Shown piece by piece: positions 61,701 through 64,000 of a stretch of 64,000 bases of DNA. The DNA is taken from assembly GCF_036321535.1 (NCBI RefSeq), contig NC_087436.1, positions 96,164,001 through 96,228,000 of the forward strand, in the 5' to 3' direction. The notes under the pieces are model-generated. The model was not told where the DNA came from, did not search any database, and saw only the letters and a list, made by a program, of their open reading frames with translations. Position numbers and translations under genes: made by a program. The stretch is from Camelus dromedarius (lineage: Eukaryota). Position 1 is the first letter of the stretch. Each line of letters starts with the position of its first letter.

Positions 61701-62679
61701 GGATGGTGTGCATTTCACGCAGGTCACCGCCGTCCTGCAGATACCGCTTCTGGGCTATGAGCTGCAGGTGTCTGTTGGCCCAGACCAGGAGGGTGACGTT
61801 CTTCACGTGTCTCTCAATTAAGTACCCACTGAGCCCCTCCTTGAGCCTGGCGATGTACAGATAGGGTACTCTCAGAGGATTGTTGGGCCTGGCACACTCA
61901 CTGAGCTCGTTCATGACCGTGTTGTCGAGGGCCAGCACATCCTCCAGCTCCATTTCACTCAAACCCATTTTGGCCATGGTGATGTAACCAAGAGCCCGGC
62001 AGACTAGTTTCTGCCCACATTTCTTTTCCAAGGACCAAAAGAGCTGCTCTATGCTTTCATGGACGGTGACACAGAGCGAGGACTCATCGACGTCTCTGTG
62101 AGATCGCCAATGTCTCACCTCCCTGAAGGTCAGGTTCACAAACATGGGCAGCGTGCACTTGGAGAAGGCGTTGTTCACATAAATCTGCTGGCCCGACGTG
62201 ACCTTCCTCTTGACCCGCAGCAGCTGGTGTTTGAGCACCTGGCTGCACATCTTCCTGTCCCGCGGAACCAGCTCGATGTAGTTGTCTTCTGCGTGGATAA
62301 GGCACCGTAGCTTCTGCAGGATCCCGTGTTTGTTGGGCAGCGTGGAGAGGACGATCCGGACAAAGCGGGGAAGGTGAGCTGGGAGCCACCAGAGCTTCCT
62401 GGCCTCGTCGCTGTCCGAGAGTTGCTCCAGGGCATCAAATATCACCACGAGAGGCCTCTGCAGCGAAGACTCATTCAGAAGGTTGATAAATAAGTCACGG
62501 AGGTCATGGATCTTCTTAGGGTAGCTCTGAACCAGGCACCGGTAGTTAACTGCCAACTGTTCACAAACACTTACAAGGAGAGTCCTGAGATCAGTACTCA
62601 TGTCTGTGGTTCCTAGAAATCGCACGACTACGACTGGGTCCGATTCTGGTCCTGTGTCTTCATGTAGCCAGCCATAAGC
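58747..62679 (-). CDS. NWD2: NACHT and WD repeat domain-containing protein 2, terminal coding exon (1310 aa; upstream exons lie outside the window)
   Basis: 1292-aa ORF in the track extends 18 more codons in frame (AYGWLHEDTGPESDPVVV) to a phase-0 acceptor (minus strand ctttattttttag|GCT). Walker-B-like LVVIFDALEQ, helical region, then multiple WD40-like repeats (ISTWD, LSVWN, LSIWD, HKWN). Sequence recognised as NWD2/KIAA1239. TGA at 58747-58749. Confidence 0.96.
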   Translation of the reverse strand, partial: AYGWLHEDTGPESDPVVVVRFLGTTDMSTDLRTLLVSVCEQLAVNYRCLVQSYPKKIHDLRDLFINLLNESSLQRPLVVIFDALEQLSDSDEARKLWWLPAHLPRFVRIVLSTLPNKHGILQKLRCLIHAEDNYIELVPRDRKMCSQVLKHQLLRVKRKVTSGQQIYVNNAFSKCTLPMFVNLTFREVRHWRSHRDVDESSLCVTVHESIEQLFWSLEKKCGQKLVCRALGYITMAKMGLSEMELEDVLALDNTVMNELSECARPNNPLRVPYLYIARLKEGLSGYLIERHVKNVTLLVWANRHLQLIAQKRYLQDGGDLREMHTILADYFLGVWSGGRRKAFCLEDSYLNGCLDLESRSLLEEEKHFMEQASFDRQAPDQPWVFQCNPLEPDIFFVNHRKMCELLYHLTRCGKTDDLLYGIIMNFSWLYTMTKIGQFDKVLSDIELAYNYSQEKELKFLASTLRSIKTKVVAFPGSLSAELQQRLLPVVSSLPKLRHLLLECDKDGPKYCSIVPLHSSMDVTYSPERLPLSSSHLHVTEILPTSNPSTVLTALENGSISTWDVETRQLLRQITTAQSVILGMKLTSDEKYLVVATTNNTLLVYDNVNSCLLSEVEIKGTKHGSGSTYINGFTLSVKHALAWLEASKDVTVIDLLYGWPLYQFHCWYEVTCVQCSLDGAYAFCGQYLNTTTIFHLGSGEKLCTVTSEFSGGFVKFLLILDTAQEMVMVDSEGSLSVWNTEDISNPQLTDDFDCRREDSEVVSIELSEDQSAVLICKALSIELLDTGMWKVAEKFRAKHNERFISAVLSKNGDCIIATMENTSAVFFWRRDTGQCMASLQEISGTIVKLVKSSHHNMLLSLSTSGVLSIWDIDIITAMSNIDKTGKPIQSLVLPARGEIIYSLDGSDCVHKWNFSSGFLEAVFKHEGIVEHCVLTSSGDVMVTADDKSSQYVWHTSSGENLFRINGQRISQLLITHNDQFVVSLCEENASRVWRLATGHRVCNILTTLQNAFITSANTFVVGMTKSKVLAVSLWTGSITKKFCCEDGTTIVNFKLIPDCPDIIVFITSAETVNIWSLTEEVICRRVQLPNNFLKNLEDFEISPNGKLGIISRGDENINVLDLHSGKLRVVHASGVIWRQRLSRDGRYLVYICFRNGEEEDENGALSSLIVMRLADGKNIGACSLYKTPTFLALSQRHLNIIVGFDDGSVGIYTVVDRVDAALKIKIATSNSRQIFNSTTQASRPKCHRYCFKVSVDCLWRESTEVFARDSPITVSDSTEPNEATPSRKHNSCYDRVCSALESRGHSYAPDN

Positions 62680-62700
62680 CTAAAAAATAAAGGCCAAGTT
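62680..62700 (-). other. NWD2: 3' splice acceptor and polypyrimidine tract of the last NWD2 intron
   Basis: Minus strand aacttggcctttattttttAG directly before the in-frame GCT codon. Confidence 0.9.
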
Positions 62701-64000
62701 TAGAATGGTGACAGAGAGTCACACGGTCACATGCAGCAACGCCTCCTGTCGGCACAGATCGGACTTCTGGTAACCCTGACCATGCAGAAAGTAGCCTAGA
62801 ACCGGGAAATGGGAAAACCTGAGATGGTCGAAGAGCTGTTGCAAAGCTCATAGGTGAGACCCTCAGGGCCACTCTACTGAAGGCAATAGAGCGGTGATGA
62901 CAGTACTAGTCAGTCATAAGGCAGCATTTAGCTGGTGTTCTAAAAGTCACAAAGCATTTCACAAACTGTAAATCTGAATATCTAATATGGTTAGTTTTTC
63001 ATTACTGAATTTTCATTTCCTGGCACAGTTGTTGGCACATGGTAGGTGCTTAGTAAGTATTTATTTAATGAAAAGATTAAGTAATGATCTACACAGTATA
63101 TCAATCAAATATGTCCCTTAATTGAGATCACATAAGGCCCTCTCTTTCCCATTCTCTCTCCCTCTCTTTCTCCCTTTTAATTGTAGAGTTAAAGAGAGAA
63201 AATATACGAAGAGGGGGCTGATAAGTTTAGTATCTTTCTGTCTGGAATTGCAAGGACAAAAAGGGATATGATCAAAGTATAAAACACTCCAAAACGTATT
63301 TTTAGGGAGACAACATCTTTCAGTAATGCTTGGAATTCACCAAGGATGCTCCTTAGGAAAGCACATGTTATTTAATACATTAGAAAGTTAGTTTATGAAA
63401 CTTGGTTCCTTCAGAAATAGTTCAGGTTGAAGTTAGAATATGTTCAGAAAAGATTCAGGGATGTCAGTTTCAGAACGAGCTGTTAAGGAAAATAAGCAAC
63501 TCGTGGTTGGTGATCAGCCCCAGCTTTTGCTGCTGACTTGGAGGACGGTAATACCCTGCCACTTTACAGCATCTTTTGCTGGCAAATCAGAAAGAGAACA
63601 CAATTTGTCCCTACTTGGATGGCTTATGATGATTATTTGCATTGTCCTCCCTCCTCCCAATCACGTGTGGTGGGATGTGTGATGTCTATAAAGAATGGCC
63701 CTGCCATCATTAGTTCATGTCCAAGGAAATGTCGGCTGCATGGGAGATAACCTAGAGATGAACACGAGATGCCTGTCTCCATCCTCACACAGGACATGAG
63801 GTCACAAGAGGACAGGGTGTTGTTGGTGGAAGTGGCGGCAAGTAGAAGGAGATGGGGGCAGGGGGTAGAAGTTCCCCAGGAGAGAGGCAAGCAGAGCAGA
63901 GACAAGGGACCTAGAAATAGGCATGGCTCATATCCAGAACAGCAAGAACTCAGAAAGCCATTTTTCAAGTTGATTAACTGTCACCACGTTCTGCCCACAG

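Noticed and set aside
58681..62438. Plus-strand and alternate-frame ORFs overlapping NWD2 (e.g. 59330-59773, 60140-60514, 60598-60975)
   Set aside because: Shadow ORFs expected opposite a long codon-biased CDS; no recognisable domains or independent gene signals.
58747..62625. ORF-track start at 62625 as the protein N-terminus / single-exon gene
   Set aside because: That codon is GTG; the frame continues to a canonical acceptor at 62679/62680, so this is a spliced last exon.
1..64000. CRISPR array, prokaryotic defence system or operon
   Set aside because: Sequence is mammalian; no regularly spaced repeat-spacer array or operon-like gene cluster.

Overview
Eukaryotic (mammalian) genomic DNA, almost certainly from a camelid (camel/alpaca/llama), judged from three tRNA-derived Vic-1-type SINEs. 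The right end holds the very large terminal exon of NWD2 on the minus strand (acceptor at 62679/62680, stop at 58747-58749, 1310 codons covering the NACHT C-terminal half and WD40 repeats, 3' UTR to an AATAAA at 56490-56495). About 4 kb downstream is a CpG-island promoter (~52.2-52.75 kb) with a minus-strand first exon ending at a CAG|GTAGGG donor (52339/52338). By recalled human synteny this is probably C4orf19/PGCKA1, so bases 1-52338 would be its long first intron, filled with HAL1, L1, L2, MIR, MLT/ERVL LTRs and hAT/Tigger MER elements. No novel multi-gene system is supported. The best leads are a strong-Kozak poly-proline (CCG)9 upstream ORF in the putative first exon, a candidate spliced divergent transcript pointing at the NWD2 3' end, an unclassified LTR with intact termini and TSD, and repeated L1 insertion at one target site. 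Repeat family names come from recalled consensus sequences, not from a search, and boundaries of old repeats are approximate.
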